Shown: positions 1 to 11,340, counted from the first letter of the whole stretch. The stretch is 63,671 nucleotides of DNA, filler included, from Olpidium bornovanus S191 (GCA_017911155.1; 28 parts of 28 records of this genome joined end to end with filler, not necessarily neighbours in it); one strand, 5' to 3'. Program-made: numbers and translations. Notes: generated by a model not told the origin, from the letters alone.

Positions 1-23
1 CAAGATTAACGACTTGCAACACA

Positions 24-657
24 TCAGGGGAAGGTGGTACGGGTATTACGTTCGGCCTGCTCGGCCTCATCCTGCGGGGTCACCGACGCTAACGTAAACA
101 GAAAGAAAAAAGCGCGGCATGCCAACAGAACCAGAAAGACGTGCGTATACGCCAACAAGAAACAAAGCACGCCAATGTCAAACGCACATCGCCGTCGCCG
201 ACCTTGGGCCGGAAAAACCAGTAATTCGTTGTTTAGTGCTAGCGCACGCGCGGAAGGCAACCAAGTTTCGTTACTTACGCGTGTTCCTGGGGCTGCCGCC
301 CCGGCGGCCGCTTCGCTGTGGGAGTCCGCTTCGCTGTGGGAGTCCGCGTTGGGGGGAGTGCCGACTGCGGCGCCGGTCGGACCGGCGCGCGTGCAAAAGA
401 AATATGCATAAGCAATTGTGCGAAAGGCCGCAGAACACGTTTGTCCAGCGGTCGGTCCACTATTTTACCATTACACCATCAGGCCAGAGGGCCGCACGCG
501 CCATCCTTGACAGGTAAGGCTCGCCGGTTTTAGCGATGTTGCCTAGAATGCGCCTAACGGAGCGTTCGAGAAGTGCCAGTTGACGTTCGAGTTCGCCCTG
601 GACCTCTTGGGACGGGAAACGCGAAAGGATTTCCTCTGCAGTCCTGCGTCTCCCCAT
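24..657 (-). CDS. Possible 3' exons of an unidentified gene (EEILSRFPSQEVQGELERQLALLERSVRRILGN...)
   Basis: Protein-like helical stretch in ORF 460-657, a GTAAGT donor near 280 and a CAG acceptor near 70 on the minus strand. No family recognised. Confidence 0.25.
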
Positions 658-1211
658 AGTTGCCCCGCCCCAGACGCGTTCCGAAGCGGAAGGCGGGGGC
701 GGGAAAGGGCTTCTTCAGACGTCCCGCGTCCCTCCATAGTTGCGCCGCACCGGACGTGTTCCGAAGCGGGAAGGCGGAGGGCGCGCGCGTGGGGCGGGCG
801 GTGGTGTTCACAGCGCGCGTTTGCTTCCTCAGGTCACGTGGTCGCGGGCCGTGTGGCGCGCAAGGGCTGCAACCTCTCAGGTCACGCGGGTGCAGGTCAC
901 GTGGTGCGCCCGCCCCCCGGAGGAAACGGGCTGGGGGGCGGAAATCCACACGGCGGGCGGGCGCGCTTCGCTCGACTTCCCCCGGCCACCCACACAGCAA
1001 ACCTCTGCGCGCGCGGCGCGTCCTTCCTGCTCAGCCCAAGGTCAGTGTTGTCTTCGGGTTCCGCCCGCGCGAGGCGGCGTGGCCGCCTTAATGTTCGTGA
1101 GAACGTCCCGCCTCTTTCGGCGAGTGCCGCGCTTCTCGGAGTGCCGCACCGCGCTGATCCGGCTCGCGCCTGGAGCGGCTGCTGCATGGCGGCAGGGATT
1201 CCTCGGCTCCC

Positions 1212-1520
1212 CCTTCACCGGGGCGGCCCTGGCGCCTTCGCGGGTACCTCTCTGTGGTGTTCGCTGGAGTTGCCGGAGCCTCCCGGGTTTCCGGGGTTTC
1301 TCCGGCCCTACACTCTGGAGCGCGTGTTGGCGTCCTCGCCGTTACCGGTGTTGCCCCCAGTCTTTGGGCTCCCGCTTCACCGGGCCGGCCCTGGCGCCTT
1401 CGCGGCTTTGGAGTGTGCCCTGAGTTGGCCCGAAATTCCGGCGCTCCTCCTTCTCCGGCTCTACACTCCGGAGTGCGTGTTGGCGTCTTCCCCGTTGCCG
1501 GTGTTGGCCCGAGTCTTTGG
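1212..1520. repeat. Degenerate tandem duplication, period about 153-162 bp
   Basis: CTTCACCGGG..GGCCCTGGCGCCTTCGCGG at about 1213 and 1375; CTACACTC.GGAG.GCGTGTTGGCGTC at about 1308 and 1461. Confidence 0.8.
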
Positions 1521-3257
1521 ATTTCCTCCTTCCCCGGGGCATATATATCTCCGGAGTATTCCCCGGGGTCGCTTTTTTTTGGGGGCACCTGTGGCAGGGG
1601 TCGGCGCGTGGTTCTTGGTGAACTCTTTGCACACCAGTCACTGTCAACCAGCCATTTCTCGAAACTGTGTTGTGAGGACAGTAGGCGTCCATTGGACCCA
1701 ATGCGTTTGAAAATTCGTCCACTTTGCCGCCATTGCAGCTGACTTTACTGGACATTTTAGAACAATTGGCTAACAAATTACCTGTTCTGTGGGTTTTTTT
1801 GCCTCCTACGAGGGGCTTTTTTTTCCCCGAAAAAAAGGGGAGCTTGTCAAACACCTCCACGTGGTGCTCCCTGGGCAACGGCCTCTGTAAATGCAGAGCC
1901 GGCTAAGATTTGACGTTTGACTGGAAGAGGAACGGGGGCAACCTATGGCAACAGAAATACATTTGCGCCGGCCTAGTTTTGCGTATGCAGTTAGGTATTT
2001 TTTTTAGTTTACCAACTCCTGCCCGCCCCTCAAGCCCCCTTAAAGTTATTCCGCCGAGTTTTTTTTTTTCGTTATTTCCCTGCGTGACTCGAGGGGACTA
2101 CGCTGCCTCCGAAAAGGCAGGTACGTAATCAGCCGATGACCCGGTCAGGCGGAGGTTCGAGGTTTGACCACACCTGTATTTGCCATTTGACTTGTTCTAC
2201 CCCTACCGCTGCAGCTCCAGAAGTCTAGGTAGCGCCGTTTAGGACCTCTGAAGTATCTGGACAGCTAGATCGGGCTCTTGCAAGGTGCGAGACGCGCCGA
2301 TTTAACACCTCTCCGGATACCACGAAAATCGCGACGGAGACCTCCAATCTCAATAAAAACCTCGCCCGCGTTTGGATATTCTCGATATCGACGTTTCGTA
2401 CCGAAGTCTCCAGTGGCAACGTCTAACGCGGTGACTTGTTCTTGATGGGTACTACCGTCGGGTGGACGCTCGATAGATTTCAGGATTTTTCCCAAAATTC
2501 CGGTTCGCGCGGCCGCCGGAGCAAGCCCTCCCCCCCCTCTCCCCCCGCTGCCGTTTGGCACCCGCCCGGGCGGCGGCGAGGGGCTTGGCCGGGCGGCTTC
2601 TTTCTTCCGTTTTCCTCTTTGAGGCAACCAAACGAATTCGGTCGGCTCGGCGGCAGTAGGATTCGACCCGTGCCTGTCGGTTTAACACGAGGGCTCCTCC
2701 TCCCCGGGTGAAATTTTTCTCCGGGGGGGGGGGGGGGGGGGCGTCCGTCTGCTTGTTTGCTGCCTTTTTTTTTTTTTGTTTTTTCTAAGTTGTTTGCGGA
2801 TCCGGCGCCGGATTTTTGTCGACGGTCCCGGACGACGTCGTACCGTTCGACGACGCAGTTCAGAAGCCGGGTCCGCAAAAAGGCGGGTTTTGGGCTCTGC
2901 TCGTTCCCCGGGGGGCGCACCTGCCGACGGCCAGCGTTTTCTGCCCGTCGGCGCGAGCTTGCCCGGCTGACGCGTCTCGTTTGTCCCTTGTGGGGGCTAT
3001 GCTGCCGATGATGACCTTGAGGTGGTCCAAGTTGATCGCCTCAACGCCAAAGAAAGGCACAGGTGCAGTACCNNNNNNNNNNNNNNNNNNNNNNNNNNNN
3101 NNNNNNNNNNNNNNNNTTAATTAATTAANNNNNNNNNNNNNNNNNNNNNNNNNNNNNNNNNNNNNNNNNNNNATAATTCAACCATCAAATTGAAGGCAAT
3201 ATTGAGATATCAAGTTAATGCTAATTTGATAAATTTAATTATCAGCATTTAGATTGA

Positions 3258-4928
3258 ATGCATTTATTATTACAGATGATTCCATATTGCATGCGGGACG
3301 CGGCTCGGGCGTATCGCTGCCGGAAGGACCGCAGGGCCTGGGCGCTCGCCGCGGTCCTCGTCGTCGCGCTGACGGTCGCGTCGCACGTTTTCGTCCGGCG
3401 CGGCGGCCGGTTTCCCCCGCTGCCGGCGCCGCGGGAGCGGGGCCTGAGCCCGAGGCGGCTGCTGCCGGCCCGCGGCGGGCCCGGCCGGGAGGGATCGCCG
3501 GCGTTTCGCCGGGCGGAGGAGGAAGAAGGGGGCCCCGCCGCCCCGCGGCGGCCCGCGGAGTTCGCGCCGCCGACCTCCGTCGACCCCTGGGACCGGCGGA
3601 CGTCGAAGCCGCCCGTCCCGCGCGGGCCGCGGCGCGGCGAGAGGTTCCTCGCGTACCTGCCGCACTCCGGGTTCCACAACCAGAGGATCGAACTCGAGAA
3701 CGCCATCCTGCTGGCCTACTACACGAAGCGGACCTTGGTCGTGCCCCCGTGCTTCCTCGGCCCTCCCATGCCGTGGCTGCGGTACGACCGGCTGTACTCG
3801 CGCCTCACGCTGCAGACCAAGCACGGCCTGGAGCACTGCCCGTACCTGCCGCCGAAGGTGGACGACCCGCTGTGCGTCAACTACACCCAGTGGACCCAGG
3901 TGTCCTGGGAGAGCGTGTTCAACTTCGATAACCTCCGGCCCTACGTCGATTTCGTTCACCGGGACGACGTGCGGGAGGTCTGGCTGAAGGAGCACCTGAA
4001 CGTCGCGTCCGCGGAGGACATCACCTTCGTGAAGGACCGGACGCTGTACGAGTACCGCATTCACGACACCCCGGGCGACGCCGCCCGGGACGCGAAGTAC
4101 CAGAAGCGCCTGGACGTCTCGGACCTGCTCAAAGTGGAGAGTCCGCTCCTCCACTTCGGCAGCCTGTTCGGGTCCGGTCGCGTCACGACCGAAACGTTGG
4201 AACACTCGACCTTCAACCAGCTGATTCAGGCCACGCTCGTGTACTCGAATCCGAAGCTGATGGCGGCCGCCGACCGGATCATCGGGAAGCTGGGCGGGAC
4301 CGGGGCGTACCTGGGGTTGCACCTGAGGGTCGGCGACGGCGTGTTCAGGTCGAGGAAGCCGCGGTACATCCGGACGGCGGTCGGAAAACTCAACAAGCTG
4401 CTGCTGCTGGAGGCCGGCCGGAAAGCGCTCGCGGCGGCGGCGCCCGACCAGGCTTCGGACAGCAGCCCGCTGGCGGGGATCGACCTGCACGCGTCGTTCT
4501 CCGGCGGGCGGCGAGGCCTGCCTCTGGCGGAGTGCCTCGCTCGGGCCGGGGAAGCGGCGGCGCAACAGGGGGCCGGCGCGTCGGGGCCCCGCCCGTCGCC
4601 CGTCCTCTTCCTGGCCACCGACGCGCCCGACCCCCGGGGCGACCCGGCCTTCCAGGTCCTGTACAGCCGGTGGCCGTGCGTCTTCACGCTCGCCGACTTC
4701 GCCGGCGACTTTGACGACATCAAGAACGAGGTCAACGATTTCGACTCGACCGGACTCGCCCCGTACCTGATCCCGATGCTCGACAGCGTCGTTGCGGCCA
4801 AGGGCCGCCTCTTCGTCGGCACGCTCGGGAGCACGTTCTCCCTCTTTGTGGACAGGCTCCACCGCGTGTACAACGGGATCTACGCGAATCCGCGCGAGCA
4901 CGCTGGCCCCGCCGCCCGTCCCGCGTAG
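3258..4928 (+). CDS. GDP-fucose protein O-fucosyltransferase family (fungal CigA-like), 556 aa, intronless, type II membrane protein
   Basis: N-terminal hydrophobic anchor (AWALAAVLVVALTVASHVFV); FLAYLPHSGFHNQRIELENAILLA, YLGLHLRVGDG, LFLATD and FVGTLGSTFS motifs; strong GC3 bias. Confidence 0.88.
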   Translation: MHLLLQMIPYCMRDAARAYRCRKDRRAWALAAVLVVALTVASHVFVRRGGRFPPLPAPRERGLSPRRLLPARGGPGREGSPAFRRAEEEEGGPAAPRRPAEFAPPTSVDPWDRRTSKPPVPRGPRRGERFLAYLPHSGFHNQRIELENAILLAYYTKRTLVVPPCFLGPPMPWLRYDRLYSRLTLQTKHGLEHCPYLPPKVDDPLCVNYTQWTQVSWESVFNFDNLRPYVDFVHRDDVREVWLKEHLNVASAEDITFVKDRTLYEYRIHDTPGDAARDAKYQKRLDVSDLLKVESPLLHFGSLFGSGRVTTETLEHSTFNQLIQATLVYSNPKLMAAADRIIGKLGGTGAYLGLHLRVGDGVFRSRKPRYIRTAVGKLNKLLLLEAGRKALAAAAPDQASDSSPLAGIDLHASFSGGRRGLPLAECLARAGEAAAQQGAGASGPRPSPVLFLATDAPDPRGDPAFQVLYSRWPCVFTLADFAGDFDDIKNEVNDFDSTGLAPYLIPMLDSVVAAKGRLFVGTLGSTFSLFVDRLHRVYNGIYANPREHAGPAARPA

Positions 4929-5525
4929 CCCGCTACTCCACCGCAACCCTCCCCCCTCTTCCTGCTCCTCCTCCTCCTCCTCTTCCCTCCCCCTTCCCCC
5001 GTTTAATTCACGTTTTTATTTGCGAAAGCACTACGCGGAACGTCTGTTTTTTTTTTTTCCATGNNNNNNNNNNNNNNNNNNNNNNNNNNNNNNNNNNNNN
5101 NNNNNNNTTAATTAATTAANNNNNNNNNNNNNNNNNNNNNNNNNNNNNNNNNNNNNNNNNNNNCGAGCCGCTTTTTGTTTTTCTTTCGACCCGCGGAACG
5201 CGCCCCCGGTGGGCGCGCAGATAACACCATCCCGTGTTTCGGCGGCGAACGGGGCGAGAGGAGAGAGAAAAAAAAACGATCATGCAACACAAACCGCGGA
5301 TTTGCGTGCGGGCTGCGCCGGCAAGCGGCATGAACGGTGGGGAAAAGAGGGAGGGGGAGGGGGGGGGAAAGGGGGGGGGGGGGGGGGGAAGCCATGGACC
5401 GCCTGTTTTTTTCGGGAAAAAACAAGGCGCTGCGCGGAGATGCTTGTCGGGCAAAAAGCGAACCGCAAGGGGGTGTTTTCTAAAATAAACACCGGACTTT
5501 TGGCGGGGGCAACGGCGCGCACAAG

Positions 5526-7042
5526 CTACGGCTCCTCTGCCTCCTCCTCGTCTTCCTCGTCCATGTCCGACTCGCTGCCCCAACCACCGTCCGACTCGTC
5601 TTGGTCCTCGAACCAGAAATCGTCCGATTCCGCGGCCTGAGCGGGCCGCGTTATTACGAAGTCGGACACTGTCGGGAGGCGTGGGTGGGTTGTGCGCGCG
5701 CGCGAAAATTGGCCGTTGGGAACAGATAAAGCACGACAGGCCGCTCTGCGTCGATTGGAAAAGCGGAACGCGGGCCCCACTCACTCTTGTGGGGCATGTT
5801 GAATCCCGGGGGTATGTTTTTTTTCGATTCCTCGACCCCCTCTGTTTGTACGCACGGCAGCGATGAGTTTGCACAGATTCGTCCACAAACGTAGGTCCCT
5901 TTTATCAGTCAATCGGTTTCCGTCTCAGGAAGAAAAAAAAACCAGTTCAAATGCGCACCTCTTATTATCTCGTTGTACTTGGCCCGGTCTTTTCGGTACA
6001 GCACCTGCAAATTGATTCTGTACGCGTAAGATTTGGGGGAGGGGCGAAGGGGACGGACAAACCCCACGACGCGCCGGCGCCAGACGGCATATAAAACTTC
6101 ACCGCTGCGTCCACGTTTGCCGGCGACGAGCAATTAGGGTCGACCAGGAGGGAGATGACGCTGATAAGAATACCTGGTCGCCCGCCCCGCGCGCGCACCA
6201 CACACGCAAATGGGGCCGCGTGTAAGCCGGGAAAAAGCGGACCGCCGCGGACTCGATATTCTTTTGATGCCCACGGACGCCCCCACGCTCTCTTCCCCCT
6301 CCTTTTCCCCCCTCCTCCTTCACTTCCCGCAAAAGAGAGAAGGGGGAAAACGTGCTTTCTACGCTCTGCGTGGGATTCCACCGCTCCGCGGCCTTTTCCC
6401 CGCTAGTCGGGTCGTCGCCTGGAGGGTGCAGGATGCTGATGCAAAGTGTACCGTCCTGGTACACTTGCGCGCGGGAGGCGGAATAAAAAACAGCGGCAAT
6501 CAGCAGAGTCGGCTGAGGGGGGGGGGGGGAGGGGCACACACACTTCCTTGAAGCAAGCTTCGACGTTGAACGACCGAAAGCGATAAGATCAAACATACCG
6601 TTCGGGTGGAAAAACATGGAGTTGAAACGGAACTTTGGAGGGTTGAACGGGTAATCGTCGGGGAACGTCATGGTGGCCTGGGTAAGGGAGAGAGAACTGC
6701 GAATTAGAACCCCACGGCATTTCCTCGGCGGTGAACCAGAGCGCCAAACAGGCGAAGGAGGAATCTTCACCTTAAAGTACCCGCCGGCGTATATAGTATC
6801 CGGCGCGCCAACGATGCCAACGTCCCTGTTAAATATTAAAGAAAAAGAGAGGTCAATGGAAGTTTTTTTTTTCGAGTCCCGCGGCGGGGTGGCAGGCCGG
6901 GCGCGAAAGAAAACCCCGGAACAGAAAAACTTTACCAGACGTATATGTTGTCGTCGACGAGGTCGCAGGTGAACCCCGGCACCGGGTTCTTCGACAGCTC
7001 GTTCAGCTGCCGCCGGAGGATCATAGCCGATTGCTGCGCCAT
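5526..7042 (-). CDS. CDC34: Ubiquitin-conjugating enzyme E2, Cdc34/UBE2R type. Eight exons: 6936-7042, 6771-6825, 6599-6677, 6356-6463, 6103-6173, 5959-6004, 5785-5841, 5526-5668
   Basis: Spliced product reads MAQQSAMILRRQL...[64 protein letters not shown]. It has the Cdc34/Ubc7 acidic-loop insertion and an acidic C-terminal tail. All intron phases are consistent. Confidence 0.9.
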
Positions 7043-7297
7043 ATCCGCCCTCCCCCGCCCTCCCACGTCCCTCCTCCCCCCGGGACCGATGCCTCCCTCT
7101 TGTGTCCGTTTGGCGGGGGAAGCTGCGCTGTGGGGGAGGAAAGGGGAACCAGTCGCACCGCGCGGGGCGAAGAGGGCGCTCACTCTCGCGACAGAAGATC
7201 GGTGGCCGGCGAGAGACGGCCCGCGAGGGAAACAGGCCGAGCGCCCCGAGTCGTCGGCGGGTGGGGCTGTGGCGGCTGGCGGGGGGCGGGGGGGGCG

Positions 7298-7338
<41 letters not shown>

Positions 7339-7492
7339 GCGCNNNNNNNNNNNNNNNNNNNNNNNNNNNNNNNNNNNNNNNNNNNNTTAATTAATTAANN
7401 NNNNNNNNNNNNNNNNNNNNNNNNNNNNNNNNNNNNNNNNNNCCCCCCCCCCCCCCCCCCGGCTCGGCGCTGCCAAACCCACAATAAACAGT

Positions 7493-7991
7493 ATGTCAAC
7501 AAAACTTCCCGCACGCCGTGGCCACTCAGAATATTCCCCCGAGCCGGCCGCCCAGTGCCGGCCACTGCAATACCAGGTATCGCGACGTGCGCGGTACGCA
7601 GCCTGTATAGACCATAGACACACTATCTCGAGCTGCACTCATACTGCCGCCGTTATCGCCCCGCTGCCGCGCTCGAACCGCTTTCGGGCAAGGCCCCTGC
7701 CGACCAGGCGTATTGCCGTGCAAGCTGCAGAAGACCCGCCTTGCAGCCGATGAGCTCCAAGCGGCCATATCCGAAGAGGGGAAAGATGTCCGCCTCAGGT
7801 ACGGTACTAGAGGAAAAAAAGCCCGCGGCGTTCGCTACAAGCCCGAACCGACGCCTCCCTTTTTCGCGCAAAGAGATCTGCCGGTAAGAGATGCTGCCAG
7901 GCCGGTCTCGCTTACCACCATAATGGAGCAGCCCACTGCCCTTCTGGCCGCGAAGGCTCACGTTGACCGGCTCCGTCGACGCCGAACGTAG
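7493..7991 (+). CDS. Possible 3' exons of an unidentified gene, convergent with MIF
   Basis: Protein-like ORF 7713-7991 with plausible splice sites. No family recognised. Confidence 0.25.
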
Positions 7992-8157
7992 ACACGAGCA
8001 AGTACCACCGCTACGACATGCTTTAACGAAAAACAAATAAACCAACAGGCGCCAGCCAATGATTGATAAACAGAAATGACCTCTCCCCTTAACGACAGTC
8101 GTTGGCTCCTACTGCGCGTTCCCTATTTCCAGCGCACACAGCTGGCGTCCTGGTTCC

Positions 8158-8729
8158 CTAGGCATCTGCTCTCGTCTTGCTGGCGTGACCGACGTTATGC
8201 TTGGCGAAGTCCTCGAAAAAGATGAAAGCGTTCTCCTGAGGCACACCCAGCTCCTTTTGGAAGAGAGGGTGGAACGCGGAACAGAACGTCCGGTTCTGCT
8301 CATGGGAGATTCCGCCAATCGACCGCAAGACGGCTAAAGCCGCCGGCCCAGGGTTGCCGCCAAAGCTTGCGTGTACATCCGTCTGGAGGACGACTAGACA
8401 CATCTGCAATATAGGAAGGCCGGCGGGACGAACGAAAAGTCCATCGACGGTCAAAATCCGTACTCAAACGGCAACAAACGCGATCCTCGTCATAAGATTC
8501 GCAAACAAAGACTTGCGGCGTTGCCGGACACGCTCCCTGCCCTGGTCCGCGTTGCAAACCGCGAAAAGGGAGGTGAAAAAGAAATGCGCAGCGACCCCCC
8601 CCCCCCCCATCGCCGCTTTACATGTTCCGGTTTCCCGAGCAACTTGGCCACGGTCTTCCTGGCGACGGCAAGAAACGCCGCCACGTCCCTGGGCCTGGGA
8701 GCACTGGTTTTGATATCAAGGCACGGCAT
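8158..8729 (-). CDS. MIF: Macrophage migration inhibitory factor (MIF)/tautomerase family protein, 117 aa, exons 8622-8729 and 8158-8403
   Basis: MPCLDIKTS...LLGKPEH|MCLVV...FGGNPGPAALAVLRSIGGISHEQNR...FIFFED..NVG. Pro1, Lys32 and Ile64 fall in register with human MIF. GT-AG intron, phase 0. Confidence 0.92.
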
Positions 8730-9112
8730 GTTCCAGGAGGCTCCGGCGGCGGGGCGGCCGTTCTGGGTCGAGCGTTTTGTGGGAACAAGCGCGCGCGCGC
8801 GCCGGTCGAGAGGCGGGGGTGGCGTTTCCCCGCAAGGTCCGGGGTGCGGCACGTGACCGTCGGTCTGCGGGGCCCTTGGGGAAACGCCGCCCTCCGACCG
8901 CCCGGCCGGGGAATGCGCGCCCAAAAGGGAACGGCATGGCGCNNNNNNNNNNNNNNNNNNNNNNNNNNNNNNNNNNNNNNNNNNNNTTAATTAATTAANN
9001 NNNNNNNNNNNNNNNNNNNNNNNNNNNNNNNNNNNNNNNNNNGACAAGAAATCAACGGGTTAAAGCGAAAAACAAAGGGCGGATGGCGGTTGAAAGAGAA
9101 GGAAAGGGGTGT

Positions 9113-9158
<46 letters not shown>

Positions 9159-9247
9159 AGAGGGTGGTGGAGCGCTGGAGAACGGACGACTGCGCGTGCA
9201 GACGAGGCGGGCAAATGGATAAAACGAATACGGAACACCCAACGAAC

Positions 9248-10376
9248 TTTCCAGAACCCGCTGTAGTCTGTAGCAAAGAAATAGACATCGTAGAACCGCG
9301 TTGCGGCGTCGCTGCCCACATCCAGGGCAGGGCACACAAGTTCAAACCAGCCCAGTCCTTGCTGGGCCTCCAATTTCGGGGTCGCGACCGAGACCGACGC
9401 GATAGCACTCTGCGATGACGGCAAGTAGCAGCTACTGCGGTCTGTAAGCGTGGAACGGCCGAAGAACGGAGCACCGCACGTTGAAAAATGTACGCCTCAC
9501 GCACTGGCGATGCCGATTCGTTGGAATCCAAGCTCGCCGCGTCTCTGTCAGTGGAAGCCGAAAATCTTATGGAGCTGAGATGCCGAGCATACTGCTCAAC
9601 ATTCAGACGCCAGACAGGGTGGTATCGCCCAGCAGGGACGCCTTTCATGCATGCTTCGATCTTTACGGCAGCGGGCAAAAGCAACGTGATTAGGACAAAG
9701 GATCCTGACGCAACTGGACACGCCTTTGCACAAAGAAAGTCTTCACTGGCTGCCGACTCACGTGGAACCAGCAAACGTTCCGCAGGTGAGCGATCCCGCC
9801 TTCCAGTCTGAATCCACTGAGGAGGCAAAAGTGAAAACCGTGGGTTGGCAGGGTGGGCATCCCACGCCGGTCGCCGACGGCGCTGCTCGCCGCCGGTAAC
9901 TTGCGACCAGACTCACTCCTTCTCTTCCACCATCTCCCAATATCGGCCGTTCATGTGGACGATGCCTGCCCTGCTCGCGGGAACGAAGAGGCGCGAGCGC
10001 TCCACGAACGCCGCCTTGTTCGCGCGGCCGGCGTCAGCCTCGTCCGCGACTGCGTCGCGCCCGAAGCGGATGCTGGAAAAGGCACATTTTCGGACGAGCG
10101 TTGGCAAAACGGGGGAGCGACTGGGAACCGCGCCCTCGGCTCGGGGAACGCGCGAAGCCGGAACCAGCGCGCGCGACCGCCGTACTCGAGCAATTTGTGC
10201 CACAGGTAGTCGTCCTCGACCCGCTCGTGAAAGCGGCGCGACAGCCGCGAGCACGCGGCGAGATCTCTCGGATCCAGGTGCACGAAGATCTTCACCAGGA
10301 TCTCGGACGGCAGCGCGGAAAGGCGGTCCCGATCCGGCGGCGCCCGGCCGCTGTCGGCTTTGCCGGTTTCCGGCAT
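9248..10376 (-). CDS. F-box protein with C-terminal PP2 (phloem protein 2)-like domain, 3' truncated. Exons 10186-10376, 9917-10072, 9762-9816, 9501-9660, 9248-9441
   Basis: F-box: LSALPSEILVKIFVHLDPRDLAACSRLSRRF. PP2-like motifs: GIVHMNGRYWEMV, IAHLRNVCWFHIEACMKGVPAGRYHPVWRL, GWFEL and DYSGFWK. Intron phases are consistent. Confidence 0.8.
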
Positions 10377-10579
10377 CCTTAGGTCCCAGAGAGCTACGCG
10401 CCCGCCGCCCTAATATTCTTTGCGCGCCGGGACGGCAACCGCTTCCCGTCGCCCCTCGCCGCGCCCGGCGTCGGGCGAATCCAATATTACGGAGACGGAG
10501 TGGCTTTAGTTGGCGAGCAGGTTTCGTGTGCGGAAGAATTTTTTTTCCCCTTCCTCTTCCCCCTCCCGAAGAGCTCGAC

Positions 10580-11125
10580 CCTAACCCTTTCCGGCAAGCT
10601 TTCGGTGCCGCGATTACTTCCGCCTCGCACGACGATAATGCAATGCATGATTGGCGACGGGAACACTCGGTGATCGGTGTGTCCCAGTGCCGAATGATGC
10701 CGTTAGTGATGTTGCGTCAGTCGCCAGCTGGGCAGGCCAAGTTGTAGTTAGACTGGAAAAGTCGATTCGGCCGAGAAGGTCCACACACACACGAGGAAAT
10801 AAAAGTCCATGCTCTTTGGTATTGATGAGGTAATGAATGCGCGTCAAAGCATTCCAATGCTTGGATGCAGGGTTTGACATGATTAAGGCAAGGAATAACT
10901 CCGTTGTTGATATGTCAGGGTGTGTGCACGTCGCGAGGTAGTTCGATAGCCCGAGAAGTTGGCTGTATCGGGCACATTCTTCTTCAGGCGTGGAGTTAAT
11001 TCGCGCATGAAGAGATTTGATTTTTGGCAGGTCAACGAGGGTTGCCTTAGTGTTTGCTTTCAAGAGGTTAAACCGTTTTAGAACCTTGTTGTCATAATGC
11101 TTTTGGCGGAAGTAGGTGACTTGAA
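10580..11125 (-). mobile_element. Decayed Ty1/copia pol fragment (RT C-terminus to RNase H N-terminus)
   Basis: YSQLLGLSNYLATCTHPDIS...MSNPASKHWNAL, then after a frameshift RRQSCIALSSCEAEVIAA. Contains stops and frameshifts. Confidence 0.88.
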
Positions 11126-11225
11126 NNNNNNNNNNNNNNNNNNNNNNNNNNNNNNNNNNNNNNNNNNNNTTAATTAATTAANNNNNNNNNNNNNNNNNNN
11201 NNNNNNNNNNNNNNNNNNNNNNNNN

Positions 11226-11340
11226 ACCTCCAAGTGATACCGCTTGTGGGATCCTGAGAGTAACCATATCCCTGAACAGTATGATGTCACTTCAACGAAT
11301 CTCAACTTTACAAATCCAGCCCCCATCGTGGTGCCCTCAA
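11226..11340 (+). mobile_element. Possible copia post-integrase linker remnant
   Basis: YRLWDPESNHI..YDVT resembles copia GYRLWDP....ISRDVTF. Very short. Confidence 0.45.

Noticed and set aside
2140-2170. GGTTCGA-containing hairpin as a tRNA T-arm
   Set aside because: No cloverleaf can be built around it.
2860-3072. Minus-strand exon FFGVEAINLDHLKVII
   Set aside because: Probably coding, but too short to name, so not reported as a feature.
3117-3128. Regularly recurring TTAATTAATTAA as a biological repeat or CRISPR-like array
   Set aside because: It is always centred in 44+44 Ns: an artificial six-frame stop linker.
3270-4946. 558-aa antisense ORF fully overlapping the fucosyltransferase
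   Set aside because: Expected shadow of very high GC3 on the coding strand; no recognisable motifs. The same applies to antisense ORFs over the dynein, PAS, BSD and TRP5 exons.
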